IMG/VR virus record: IMGVR_UViG_3300026105_000187
Coordinates: 1-46,481 of that record
Direction: 5' to 3' (one strand)
Source: a virus
Taxonomy: Duplodnaviria; Caudoviricetes
Length of the DNA stretch: 46,481 nucleotides
Shown: positions 10,119-18,795 of the stretch, one piece after another
Layout of the letters: the number at the start of each line of letters is the position of its first letter
Position numbering within the stretch: position 1 is the first letter of the stretch
Program-made: the position numbers and the translations under genes
Notes under the pieces: generated by a model
Databases searched by the model: none
Told to the model about the DNA's origin: nothing
The model's input: only the letters and a program-made list of their open reading frames with translations

Positions 10119-12128
10119 ATGGCATATACCATTAATAAGTTTGACGGTTCAGTTCTAACCACGCTGATAGACGGCACATTAGATAGGACTACGTCTGTAG
10201 GATTAGTCGGAAAGAATTTTGCAGGTTACGGAGAAATACAAAACGAAAATTTTGTGTTTCTTTTAGAAAATTTTGCAAGGGCAAATGCTCCTAATAATCC
10301 ACTCCGTGGCCAGTTATGGTTTGATACAGGAAATCAAAAGATTCGAGTCTATGATAACACCAAATTCAAAAGTCTTTCTATAACGCAAATATCCGACATC
10401 GAGCCTACAGACCTTCTCAATGGTGAATTTTGGTGGGATAGCGTAAACGCTCAACTTTATGGATATACAGGCTCTGAGTTTAATTTAATTGGTCCTGAAA
10501 AAGCAGGAGAAAATACAACAAGATTTGTATCAAGAAATGTAACAGACACCGAAGATAATATTCAACCAGTTGTAGTAGGAGTAGTAGACGGTGAAGGTAT
10601 TATTGTAATATCTGATACAGAATTTAATGTCCCTCAAGAAGAAATTCAAGGATTTACATCAATTAAAAAAGGCATTACACTTAGAAATTCTGCCAGTGGT
10701 GTAACCGATCCTGATGAATATTGGTTTTGGGGAACTGCGTCTAACGCTAACTTATTAGATAATCTTAATAGTACTCAATTCCTAAGAAGTGATCAAGATA
10801 CTGCACTTACAGGAAATCTCGAATTTGCCGATATCGATACAGGATTAGAATTTGCGTCGTCTTCGATTAAACAAACAACTAATAAATTAGAATTTTCTCA
10901 AAATCAAGGAACATTTGAGTTTATTGAAAATAATTCTAATGATATTGTTTTGTCTATAGATACAACTGATCGGACTGAAGGCATAAGATATTTTGGAAAT
11001 CAAGTTTGGCACTCAGGTTACCAAGGAGCAAACACTGGTCTTGATGCTGACACTGTAGACGGATTAGAAGCAGCAGATTTTCTTGGTGTAAATGCAAAAG
11101 CAGTAGATTCAGATAAATTAGATGGTATCGATAGCACAGGATTTTTATTGGTAGACGGCAAAGCAGTTGATTCTGACAGATTAGATAGTGAGAACGGAAC
11201 ATACTATTTAGATTTCAATAATTTTACTAATATTCCTAATCCTACAATAACGTTAACAGGCGACGTGTCTGGAACTGTAACTTTAACCGACCTTGCTAGC
11301 GGAACATTAAATGTAAGCGTAATTGACAACAGCCATAAGCATGTGATTTCTAATATAGTTAGTCTGCAATCGGAACTGGACTCAAAATTTAACGTTACCG
11401 GCGGCGTAATGACTGGAAATATAGAATTCCAAGATGATCAAGAAGGCATTGTTTGGTCAAGAAATACAGACGGTGCAAGTATTAAATTTTACAATACTGG
11501 CGACGGTGATTCCGATTCTCGACTAGAATTCAACACAAGAGATAATGACACTGAATATTTTTTATGGACCCATGATTCTAATGAACTTATGCGTCTGGTA
11601 CCTAACGATGTTGCAAATGGATTAACATATCGCAGCAACACAGTGTGGCACGAAGGTAATCAAGGTGCAGGTAGCGGTCTTGATGCTGACACTGTAGACG
11701 GCTTACAGGCCGATGATTTTCTACCTGTAAACGGCAAAGCACAAAATTCTTTCAGTGCTGATAACGCTTTAGATTCTGACAGATTAAATGGATTAACTTC
11801 AGATGTTTTCCTACAAAAATCAGGAGGCACCCTTACAGGCTTTTTAACATTACATTCTGCGCCACAAAACGATTTTCATGCTGCGACAAAAAAATATGTC
11901 GACGAGGCTACCAGTCAGCCAGATCCTTTCTGGGCAGGCGCAACCACGTTTGCTAATGTGACTGCAACATTTTCAAATTTTCCTGTAGGTACAAAAGTTT
12001 CTTTCTGGGAGGAAAGGAGTTATCGCCGATCGGCAAATTCAAACGGTGGTTCTGTTTTAATATCAGACAGATATCGTCGTACTATACAAAAAACAGGCGC
12101 TACTAGCTGGTCCAATATAGGAGGATGA
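10119..12128 (+). CDS. Tail fibre protein (paralog 3), probable receptor-binding fibre
   Basis: Shared N-terminal domain, GLDADTVDG and DSD(K/R)L(D/N) repeats, HAATKKYVD, and a short distinct basic C-terminal tip. Confidence 0.8.
   Translation: MAYTINKFDGSVLTTLIDGTLDRTTSVGLVGKNFAGYGEIQNENFVFLLENFARANAPNNPLRGQLWFDTGNQKIRVYDNTKFKSLSITQISDIEPTDLLNGEFWWDSVNAQLYGYTGSEFNLIGPEKAGENTTRFVSRNVTDTEDNIQPVVVGVVDGEGIIVISDTEFNVPQEEIQGFTSIKKGITLRNSASGVTDPDEYWFWGTASNANLLDNLNSTQFLRSDQDTALTGNLEFADIDTGLEFASSSIKQTTNKLEFSQNQGTFEFIENNSNDIVLSIDTTDRTEGIRYFGNQVWHSGYQGANTGLDADTVDGLEAADFLGVNAKAVDSDKLDGIDSTGFLLVDGKAVDSDRLDSENGTYYLDFNNFTNIPNPTITLTGDVSGTVTLTDLASGTLNVSVIDNSHKHVISNIVSLQSELDSKFNVTGGVMTGNIEFQDDQEGIVWSRNTDGASIKFYNTGDGDSDSRLEFNTRDNDTEYFLWTHDSNELMRLVPNDVANGLTYRSNTVWHEGNQGAGSGLDADTVDGLQADDFLPVNGKAQNSFSADNALDSDRLNGLTSDVFLQKSGGTLTGFLTLHSAPQNDFHAATKKYVDEATSQPDPFWAGATTFANVTATFSNFPVGTKVSFWEERSYRRSANSNGGSVLISDRYRRTIQKTGATSWSNIGG
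11037..11701 (+). repeat. 26 bp exact direct repeat GGTCTTGATGCTGACACTGTAGACGG (11037-11062 and 11676-11701)
   Basis: Read directly from the sequence; both copies encode GLDADTVDG, in frame, 639 bp apart. Confidence 0.9.
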
Positions 12129-12129
12129 C

Positions 12130-12648
12130 ATGGAAGAATTAAATAGACAACCTGCTCTGGCACAATTTAATAAAATAAACAAAATGTTTACAACAGTATT
12201 AAGTATGGTCAATGACGTTTCCATGTTGAATCATGATTTTTATGATTATAAAGATGTTGAAATTGATTTATATAACGAAACTATTATTGGAACGCTAGAT
12301 GATTTCAAAATTGTTAATATTAATGAAGGTCTTCTTGAAATAAATGAAGATATGGTAAACGAACTTGCTAGAGATAAAATTGTAAAATTTTATCCTTTAG
12401 AAAGACAATTAACTATTTTAGGTAGCGTCCTAGAAAAATTAGCTGATCAGTCCAATGTGGATGCAGAAGATCTCAAAGAAATGAATGACTTTATTAATGA
12501 AGCAAAGCGTGTGAATAAAATTCGTAAAGAATTCTACGCAAATAGTCCGGATTATGATTACAAAACTACAGAAGAACTAGACGAATTAATTGAAACAAAA
12601 TACGAAGGAAGTATTCAGGCTTACAATGGACAATTTACAGGTAATTAA
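12130..12648 (+). CDS. Putative tail fibre assembly chaperone
   Basis: 172 aa acidic protein starting 1 nt after the fibre stop. The call rests mainly on position. Confidence 0.4.
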   Translation: MEELNRQPALAQFNKINKMFTTVLSMVNDVSMLNHDFYDYKDVEIDLYNETIIGTLDDFKIVNINEGLLEINEDMVNELARDKIVKFYPLERQLTILGSVLEKLADQSNVDAEDLKEMNDFINEAKRVNKIRKEFYANSPDYDYKTTEELDELIETKYEGSIQAYNGQFTGN

Positions 12649-13102
12649 AGTTTACGACAGTTTAACTGCCGATAATATATTAGATTTAGTTAAATCTATT
12701 GAAGAGCCAAGGTGGATAACAAGAGAATATCTACAACCAGGTAGAGCAGTAAATGATGAAACTTGTTTTTACAAATATTGTAATCAAGTACAAATGAAAA
12801 AACAAGATAGAGAATATTTTAGAAATATAGCACCAAAATTCGAAAATTACTTTCTGTCAGAAGTTGCTGTTAATAGATACGACCGTGGAGATTTTATTGG
12901 ACTTCATCGCGACCGACACGATTTTAGAATGAACCTGGTTGTTGCCCTTCAAGATGGTTCGGATGGTTTATATGTCCAAGATACAGATGAATTTATAGAA
13001 GATAGAGCAGGACAGGGCGTACAAATAATAGGCACAGGGCCTGTGCATAGTGTACCAACAACTAACAATGAAAGATATTCATTGATATTTTTATACGAGT
13101 GA
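12626..13102 (+). CDS. 2OG-Fe(II) oxygenase superfamily protein
   Basis: VNRY..GDFIGLHRD (HxD), distal HSV, and RYSL (2OG-binding RxS). ATG 12626 is preferred over TTG 12590. Confidence 0.75.
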   Translation: MDNLQVIKVYDSLTADNILDLVKSIEEPRWITREYLQPGRAVNDETCFYKYCNQVQMKKQDREYFRNIAPKFENYFLSEVAVNRYDRGDFIGLHRDRHDFRMNLVVALQDGSDGLYVQDTDEFIEDRAGQGVQIIGTGPVHSVPTTNNERYSLIFLYE

Positions 13103-13108
13103 AATAGC

Positions 13109-13564
13109 ATGTATACGTTACTACAAAAACTTGAAGAAGAAAAAATTAAATCGTTAAATGATTTATTACATAGTGTAAATTTTCAAAACAAAGACATAAG
13201 GCCTGGTAAGAATGCTCCACAAATTATGAGTGTCTATAACCATTCAAAATGGTATAACTGGCAGAGAGAACAAAAAAATAATTTTATAAAAGCATTATCG
13301 AATTATTCTAATACAGCAGTTGTTGGTTGGTTTTTATCATTGCCAGCAGACGGTTTTCTAGACACAATGGATTATTGGCAAAACATGGTGTCGGCAGGAA
13401 CTATCACAGCATTTTCTCTTACTGATAATAATCCTATAATAATAGAAGGAAGCACTTTAACTATTGAAAGAGGCGCTGGAATTCAATTTCATCTCAAACA
13501 GTTACACGAAATTCGACCTGCTACATTCGAAAGAAATTGGGCATGCCTGATGCAGTTAATCTAA
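13109..13564 (+). CDS. Degenerate 2OG-Fe(II)/cupin-fold protein
   Basis: LSLPADGFL...G.GIQF...LHEI...R follows the double-stranded beta-helix pattern, but the HxD His is absent (DTMDYW). Confidence 0.4.
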   Translation: MYTLLQKLEEEKIKSLNDLLHSVNFQNKDIRPGKNAPQIMSVYNHSKWYNWQREQKNNFIKALSNYSNTAVVGWFLSLPADGFLDTMDYWQNMVSAGTITAFSLTDNNPIIIEGSTLTIERGAGIQFHLKQLHEIRPATFERNWACLMQLI

Positions 13565-13569
13565 AAACC

Positions 13570-13577
13570 ACTAAATA
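13570..13577 (+). promoter_or_regulatory. Late promoter candidate ACTAAATA
   Basis: Intergenic TAAATA 22 nt before ATG 13600. Confidence 0.55.
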
Positions 13578-13599
13578 CAATATTAACAGGAATCACTAA

Positions 13600-15081
13600 A
13601 TGGCATATCAGATTAATAGATTTGACGGATCAATACTAACTGTAGTAGAAGATGGGACCATAGATCAATCTACCGATCTATTACTTGTAGGCAAAAATTT
13701 TGCAGGCTACGGAGAGGTTCAAAATGAAAACTTTGTATTTCTACTAGAAAACTTTGCAGGATTGAACCCTCCGGCGCAGCCTTTGTCTGGACAAATTTGG
13801 TTCGATTCAGATACTTCGAAACTAAAATTTTATGACGGTTCTAGGTTTAGAACAACTGGGGGCGCTGAAATTAGTGCTGGAGAGCCTACCGGGTTAACTG
13901 AAGGAGACTTTTGGTGGGACACTGAGAACGAACAATTATTTGCGTATAACGGTACTGACTTTGTACTGGTAGGACCACAAGACGCAGGCGAAGGTATTAC
14001 TCAGATGCAGAGTCGGTCTGTTATAGGAACAGATGATATTAGCCGTTCTGTCATTGTGTCTGTTATAGACGATTCGGTTGTTCATATTATATCTAACGAA
14101 GCATTTTCTATAAAACAGACCCCGGGTAATAGCATACCAGGATTTGATGTAATTAAAAGAGGAGTAACTCTAGTAAACACTTTAGGCACAACAGCCGGTG
14201 TTACAAGCACAGATCATATATTTTGGGGCACAGCATCTAATGCTAACAAATTAGGTGGCATAAATGCAGACCAATTTGTACAATCAGGCGAAGCAAATTT
14301 TAATTCGCTTGTTGAGTTTAGCGATGTTGGCGTTGCTATAGGAGATTCACTTGACCTAAGAGTTTTTATTGAAAATGACAACCAGGCTGTTATCTCAAAT
14401 GAGGTAGGTAACAGACTTAGTTTTAGAATAAAAGATATTTCAGGAATTAACAAGACTCCTCTAAGAATTTTTGCAGATTCTGTATTGCCTGGATTAACTT
14501 CAAGCGGGGATGCTACCGAAGAAGTCGATCTCGGTAGTGAAATTCATGCATTTTCTGAAATATTTGCTGAAAACTTTACAGGACTTTCTGAGAAGTCAAC
14601 TGCTCTTGTAGTAGGTGGAGAGAGCAGAGTAGGAAGTATTTCTGCAGATCCTAATACTGTTGCTGTTAGAGACGCTTCGGGAGATCTTAGAGCAAATCTG
14701 TTTAATGGAATAGCACTGCAGGCAAAATATGCAGACCTTGCTGAAATATACAAAACAAATTCTTTATTACCTGTAGGCACTGTAGTTGCAGTATGCGACC
14801 ACAGTGATCACGAGGTTTGCGCAGAGTCTGTGACCAGTGTAATTGGCGTCATATCAGAAAATCCTGCTTATCTAATGAATTCTGAATCAGAAGGACAGGC
14901 TGTTGCCTTGAAAGGCCGAGTGCCTGTAAGAATCACAGGTCCTATAACAAAAGGCGAAAAAGTATTTGCACAAGGAAACGGTACAGCAAACGCATCACAA
15001 AGTGGAGATTTTGTAGGAATTTCTCTTGCGTCATCCGATAACAAGGAAGAAAAATTAATAGAGTGTGTTTTAAAGGTATAA
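13600..15081 (+). CDS. Tail fibre/spike protein (paralog 4) with a peptidase G2-like C-terminal domain
   Basis: Shared N-terminal domain. The C-terminus reads YADLAEIY...GTVV...GVIS.NPAYLMN...VALKGRVPVRITGPITKG. Confidence 0.7.
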   Translation: MAYQINRFDGSILTVVEDGTIDQSTDLLLVGKNFAGYGEVQNENFVFLLENFAGLNPPAQPLSGQIWFDSDTSKLKFYDGSRFRTTGGAEISAGEPTGLTEGDFWWDTENEQLFAYNGTDFVLVGPQDAGEGITQMQSRSVIGTDDISRSVIVSVIDDSVVHIISNEAFSIKQTPGNSIPGFDVIKRGVTLVNTLGTTAGVTSTDHIFWGTASNANKLGGINADQFVQSGEANFNSLVEFSDVGVAIGDSLDLRVFIENDNQAVISNEVGNRLSFRIKDISGINKTPLRIFADSVLPGLTSSGDATEEVDLGSEIHAFSEIFAENFTGLSEKSTALVVGGESRVGSISADPNTVAVRDASGDLRANLFNGIALQAKYADLAEIYKTNSLLPVGTVVAVCDHSDHEVCAESVTSVIGVISENPAYLMNSESEGQAVALKGRVPVRITGPITKGEKVFAQGNGTANASQSGDFVGISLASSDNKEEKLIECVLKV

Positions 15082-15084
15082 ATA
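15077..15084 (+). promoter_or_regulatory. T4 late promoter consensus TATAAATA
   Basis: Exact consensus, 26 nt before ATG 15111, followed by an AAGGA RBS. Confidence 0.7.
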
Positions 15085-15110
15085 AAATACGCACTTAATA
15101 AGGATTACAA

Positions 15111-16130
15111 ATGGCAGTTTCATCTAATGATACAATTACCGCAGCACAATTTAACAATTTACAAAGTCGAATTGCGCAGGTTTTAGGTACAGGTTCCGGC
15201 AGTTTTGGTTACGGACAAAATGTAACTAGCTCACAGGTGTCTGCTCTACAAGATTCTGATATACCAGACGGTGATACTATCCTAGCTGCTCAATTTAACG
15301 ATCTTAGAGCAGATATGAATGCTGCATTTACACATCAAAATGGATCTCAAATTTCAATCGGAGAATTTGCTGTAGGAGACATTGTAGGTGCTGACCAATC
15401 AGGAACTGATTTAGATAGAGACGGCGATAATTTTACATTTGTTAATCCAGACTCGTCAAAAGGATTTAATGATCTGTTAGACGAAATGACCGATATAGAG
15501 AACAATAGATTTGTAATTGATGCGAGTCAGCAACAGATAGAAGTAAGAGCAGCAGACGAGAGAATAATAAATTGGAACGGCACTATTATTTCTGAATTCA
15601 CTGCAAGTTTTGCAAATGCTGATGCACGAAGGTATTTTTTTAATGCCGGCGGCCAAGTTAGAATATCAGGAACTGTTGATCTAAGTACTTCGACCGGAGA
15701 CAGTCAGGATCGAGACGAAGGTTGGTCTGATCTAATAGAAAATCCTGGTGAAATACAATTTGACTATAATTCTACGACAATAACCGGCAGCAGCACCGGT
15801 GTAACATTCCCAGATGGAGTCATAGGAAATCAATCTCTTACCAGCACGTTCCAAGAAATTTTCAAGAAAGACGCCAACGGCGGCGTTTACGGCAATAGTT
15901 ATTGGAAAATAGATGCTAGATTAGACAGTTCTAGTCTAATTAGATTCAGAATCACTCTTGTAGATGACGGTCCAGAAAGCAACCCAGACGAAGGTGTTCC
16001 AGGCGGTATTGAACCAGGTGTAACTGAGCCAGTGACAGCAGATATTGAATTTGAATACTCGGCTAGGCGCGCCAACGGCGCAGTGGTTCTTGACTTCCCA
16101 GCATTTATCATCACCAACACATTCGAATAA
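15111..16130 (+). CDS. Virion structural protein
   Basis: Acidic, G/S/T-rich 339 aa protein with an internal repeat DTI.AAQFN.L and a late promoter upstream. Confidence 0.6.
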   Translation: MAVSSNDTITAAQFNNLQSRIAQVLGTGSGSFGYGQNVTSSQVSALQDSDIPDGDTILAAQFNDLRADMNAAFTHQNGSQISIGEFAVGDIVGADQSGTDLDRDGDNFTFVNPDSSKGFNDLLDEMTDIENNRFVIDASQQQIEVRAADERIINWNGTIISEFTASFANADARRYFFNAGGQVRISGTVDLSTSTGDSQDRDEGWSDLIENPGEIQFDYNSTTITGSSTGVTFPDGVIGNQSLTSTFQEIFKKDANGGVYGNSYWKIDARLDSSSLIRFRITLVDDGPESNPDEGVPGGIEPGVTEPVTADIEFEYSARRANGAVVLDFPAFIITNTFE

Positions 16131-16133
16131 TTC

Positions 16134-16162
16134 TTGACGCTAATTGTTTATTCTTATATACT
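16134..16162 (+). promoter_or_regulatory. Sigma70-type promoter TTGACG-N17-TATACT
   Basis: -35 at 16134-16139, -10 at 16157-16162, 17 bp spacer, AGGAG RBS at 16171-16175. Confidence 0.75.
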
Positions 16163-16181
16163 AGTCGTATAGGAGTAAATT

Positions 16182-16538
16182 ATGGACGAACGTCTAGAAA
16201 AAGCACTAGAATTTTCTAATTATATGGTCACGCTTAATAATCAAAAGCGTGTACTAAAAGAACAGTTTAGAGAAAATATTGTTCATTATCACAACGGCGG
16301 ACAATTCACAGTTACGCAAGATTTAATTACATTTGTCAATATGCTAGTAGATCGAGAAGTGTCAGAAGACATAGTTCTGGTAGATGATAATGAAACCCCT
16401 GTACTGATTGCTGATGCAGATAGTTTTCTTGCAGACATTCTCGACAGATACTTTTCTGTAACAAACCAATACCATGCTTCGTATAAAGAACTATTATCCA
16501 AACGCAGTGTAGAAAAACTGGTAGACTATGACAACTAG
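16182..16538 (+). CDS. Hypothetical protein, first gene of the enzyme cluster
   Basis: 118 aa with a strong RBS; it overlaps the next gene. Confidence 0.7.
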   Translation: MDERLEKALEFSNYMVTLNNQKRVLKEQFRENIVHYHNGGQFTVTQDLITFVNMLVDREVSEDIVLVDDNETPVLIADADSFLADILDRYFSVTNQYHASYKELLSKRSVEKLVDYDN

Positions 16539-17415
16539 AGGTATTGTTGTATTTGCTAGAAACAATAGCCAAGTTGACTACGTGAAACAGGCTCATTTTC
16601 TAGCAAAAAGAGCACGAGACATCCTCGGATTACCTACTACATTAGTTACAGACAGTATAGAATTTCTAGATGTTGAATATCCTGACTGGAAAACTGTGTT
16701 TGATAAGGTAGTATCAATTGTATGGAAGGCTGAAGATATCTCAGAGGACACAGTATTATCGCGGGGAGAAAAGCATAGCCAAAAGAAATTCTACGACGGT
16801 GCCCTTGTATCAAAGCGTTTAGAATGGAAGAACGAATCACGCACCCTTGCTTATGAAGTCTCTCCGTATGATGAAACTCTAGTTTTAGATTCAGACATTG
16901 TTATTTCTAATGATATATTTCTCAAATGTTTTGAACAAAAACACGATTTATTGCTTTATAAAACTGCAACTGAACTGCTTGAGATTGATAGAGGTGACGA
17001 TTTTACAAGAGTTTCTGATACATCAATTGATTTTTATTGGGCTACCTGTATCTTTTTTAGAAAAACAAGCGAAAATCGAATATTTTTTGATCTAGTAAAG
17101 CATATTCAAGAGAATTGGAGCCATTACAAAAATATTTTCCAAATTAATTCTCCCTATTACCGTAATGACTATGCATTTTCTATTGCTGTTCATGTTATGA
17201 ACGGATATCAGACTGGAGATTTTGCTAAACCCTTGCCCGGTACGCTGTATTTTATCACAGATAAAAGCATTTTATGGCAAATTCAAGACAAATCTCTCAT
17301 GATACTGCTTGAAAAACCCACATATGACGGTGAGTATACGCCAATAAGAATCGAAAATGCTAATTTACATGTTATGAATAAGTTCAGTTTAAATAGGTGT
17401 ATAGATGAAGTCTAG
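16528..17415 (+). CDS. Putative GT-A fold glycosyltransferase
   Basis: RGIVVFA N-terminal strand, SPYDETLVLDSD (DxD) and RND..FSIA. Confidence 0.7.
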   Translation: MTTRGIVVFARNNSQVDYVKQAHFLAKRARDILGLPTTLVTDSIEFLDVEYPDWKTVFDKVVSIVWKAEDISEDTVLSRGEKHSQKKFYDGALVSKRLEWKNESRTLAYEVSPYDETLVLDSDIVISNDIFLKCFEQKHDLLLYKTATELLEIDRGDDFTRVSDTSIDFYWATCIFFRKTSENRIFFDLVKHIQENWSHYKNIFQINSPYYRNDYAFSIAVHVMNGYQTGDFAKPLPGTLYFITDKSILWQIQDKSLMILLEKPTYDGEYTPIRIENANLHVMNKFSLNRCIDEV

Positions 17416-18235
17416 AGGATTTGTAATTTTTGCGGAAGGAGAAGAGTATTTCCGTCAGGCATACCTTGCTGCATTAAGTATTCGCGCAACAGGTAACAAA
17501 TATCCTGTAAGTGTTATAACAAATTGCACTGCAGACACAAAACATAGAATTATTTTTAGTAAAATTATAGAAATTCCGTGGTATAAGCAGGATAATACTC
17601 TATTAAAAACTGAAAATCGCTGGAAAATATACCATGCATCCCCCTATGAGGAAACTATTGTACTAGATTCTGACGTCCTAGTATTACAGGACCTTGAATA
17701 TTTTTGGAATTCTGTTGAAAATTACAATTTATATTTTCCTACTAGAGTTTTTACTTACAGAAAAGAACTTGTCGAGTCAGATTTTTATAGAAAAGCATTT
17801 TCTGCCAACGATCTTCCTAATTTCTATAACGCAGTACACTATTTTCGAAAGTGTGATTGGACGAAACAGTTTTACGAGTGGGTAGAGATAGTTAATAACA
17901 ACTGGGAATTGTTTTATGGCAACTTTTGCAAAGAACATTATCCTAAACAGCCTAGTATGGATATTACTACTGCTATTGTTTCTAAAATACTAGACTGCGA
18001 CACGGAAATATCCAATCAAAAACAAGACATGCCTCAATTGGTACACATGAAACCACGTGCTCAGCGCTGGAAAAATCCAAAAAGTCGTTGGCAGGATAGG
18101 GTAGGAGTTTATCTTAACGAAAACCTTGAACTTAAAATCGGCAATCATAGACAAGACACTGTGTTTCATTATACAGAAAACGATTTTGTAACTGATGACA
18201 TAATAGGAAAGTATGAAAAATGTCTCAAACTATGA
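17405..18235 (+). CDS. Putative GT-A fold glycosyltransferase (tandem paralog)
   Basis: RGFVIFA, SPYEETIVLDSD (DxD) and VHMK. Confidence 0.7.
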   Translation: MKSRGFVIFAEGEEYFRQAYLAALSIRATGNKYPVSVITNCTADTKHRIIFSKIIEIPWYKQDNTLLKTENRWKIYHASPYEETIVLDSDVLVLQDLEYFWNSVENYNLYFPTRVFTYRKELVESDFYRKAFSANDLPNFYNAVHYFRKCDWTKQFYEWVEIVNNNWELFYGNFCKEHYPKQPSMDITTAIVSKILDCDTEISNQKQDMPQLVHMKPRAQRWKNPKSRWQDRVGVYLNENLELKIGNHRQDTVFHYTENDFVTDDIIGKYEKCLKL

Positions 18236-18795
18236 TGTATGTAACGTTTGAACGAGATACGGGCAAAATCCTAGGAATATCTCCTAAATTTGAACACGAA
18301 AACTCTATTCCAGTGCCTCTGGCAGATGTAGCCGGACTGTTAGAAGGTAAAGAACGCAAAAGAAACTATAGAGTTAACTACAATCCAAGGACCAAACAAC
18401 TAGAACTCTGTGATTTACATCAAGAAATCTTTGACGGAACTTCGGTTAACGATTTCATTTATGAAATACCTGAAATTAAAGTGGATGATGCAGACATCGT
18501 AGTTGAGCAGGACATACCGAATACCTGTTGGAAAGTAAAACTAGGCAAACAACTAAAAAAGAACCTGCGTAAAAAAGGAATCAGACTAAACACAGTGATT
18601 GCATTTTCTATTACTGCAAAGCACGATCCTAACATACTTTACAAAACTCTTTCTATCGACTTTTCTCGGATACTTAACGATAACTATGCAGTAGTAGACT
18701 TTTCCATGCCTTTTGAAACAAAAAACACGCCTATTTCGGTTTTTACAGCAAGGCGATTCGACAGTTATGAATTTAAAAGGATATTCAATGAGTAA
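18220..18795 (+). CDS. Hypothetical protein
   Basis: 191 aa, overlapping both neighbours; no motif recognised. Confidence 0.65.
   Translation: MSQTMMYVTFERDTGKILGISPKFEHENSIPVPLADVAGLLEGKERKRNYRVNYNPRTKQLELCDLHQEIFDGTSVNDFIYEIPEIKVDDADIVVEQDIPNTCWKVKLGKQLKKNLRKKGIRLNTVIAFSITAKHDPNILYKTLSIDFSRILNDNYAVVDFSMPFETKNTPISVFTARRFDSYEFKRIFNE

Noticed and set aside
6159-15081. Diversity-generating retroelement or invertible fibre-switching system
   Set aside because: No reverse transcriptase or invertase, and no adenine-variant TR/VR pair or inverted cassette was noticed.
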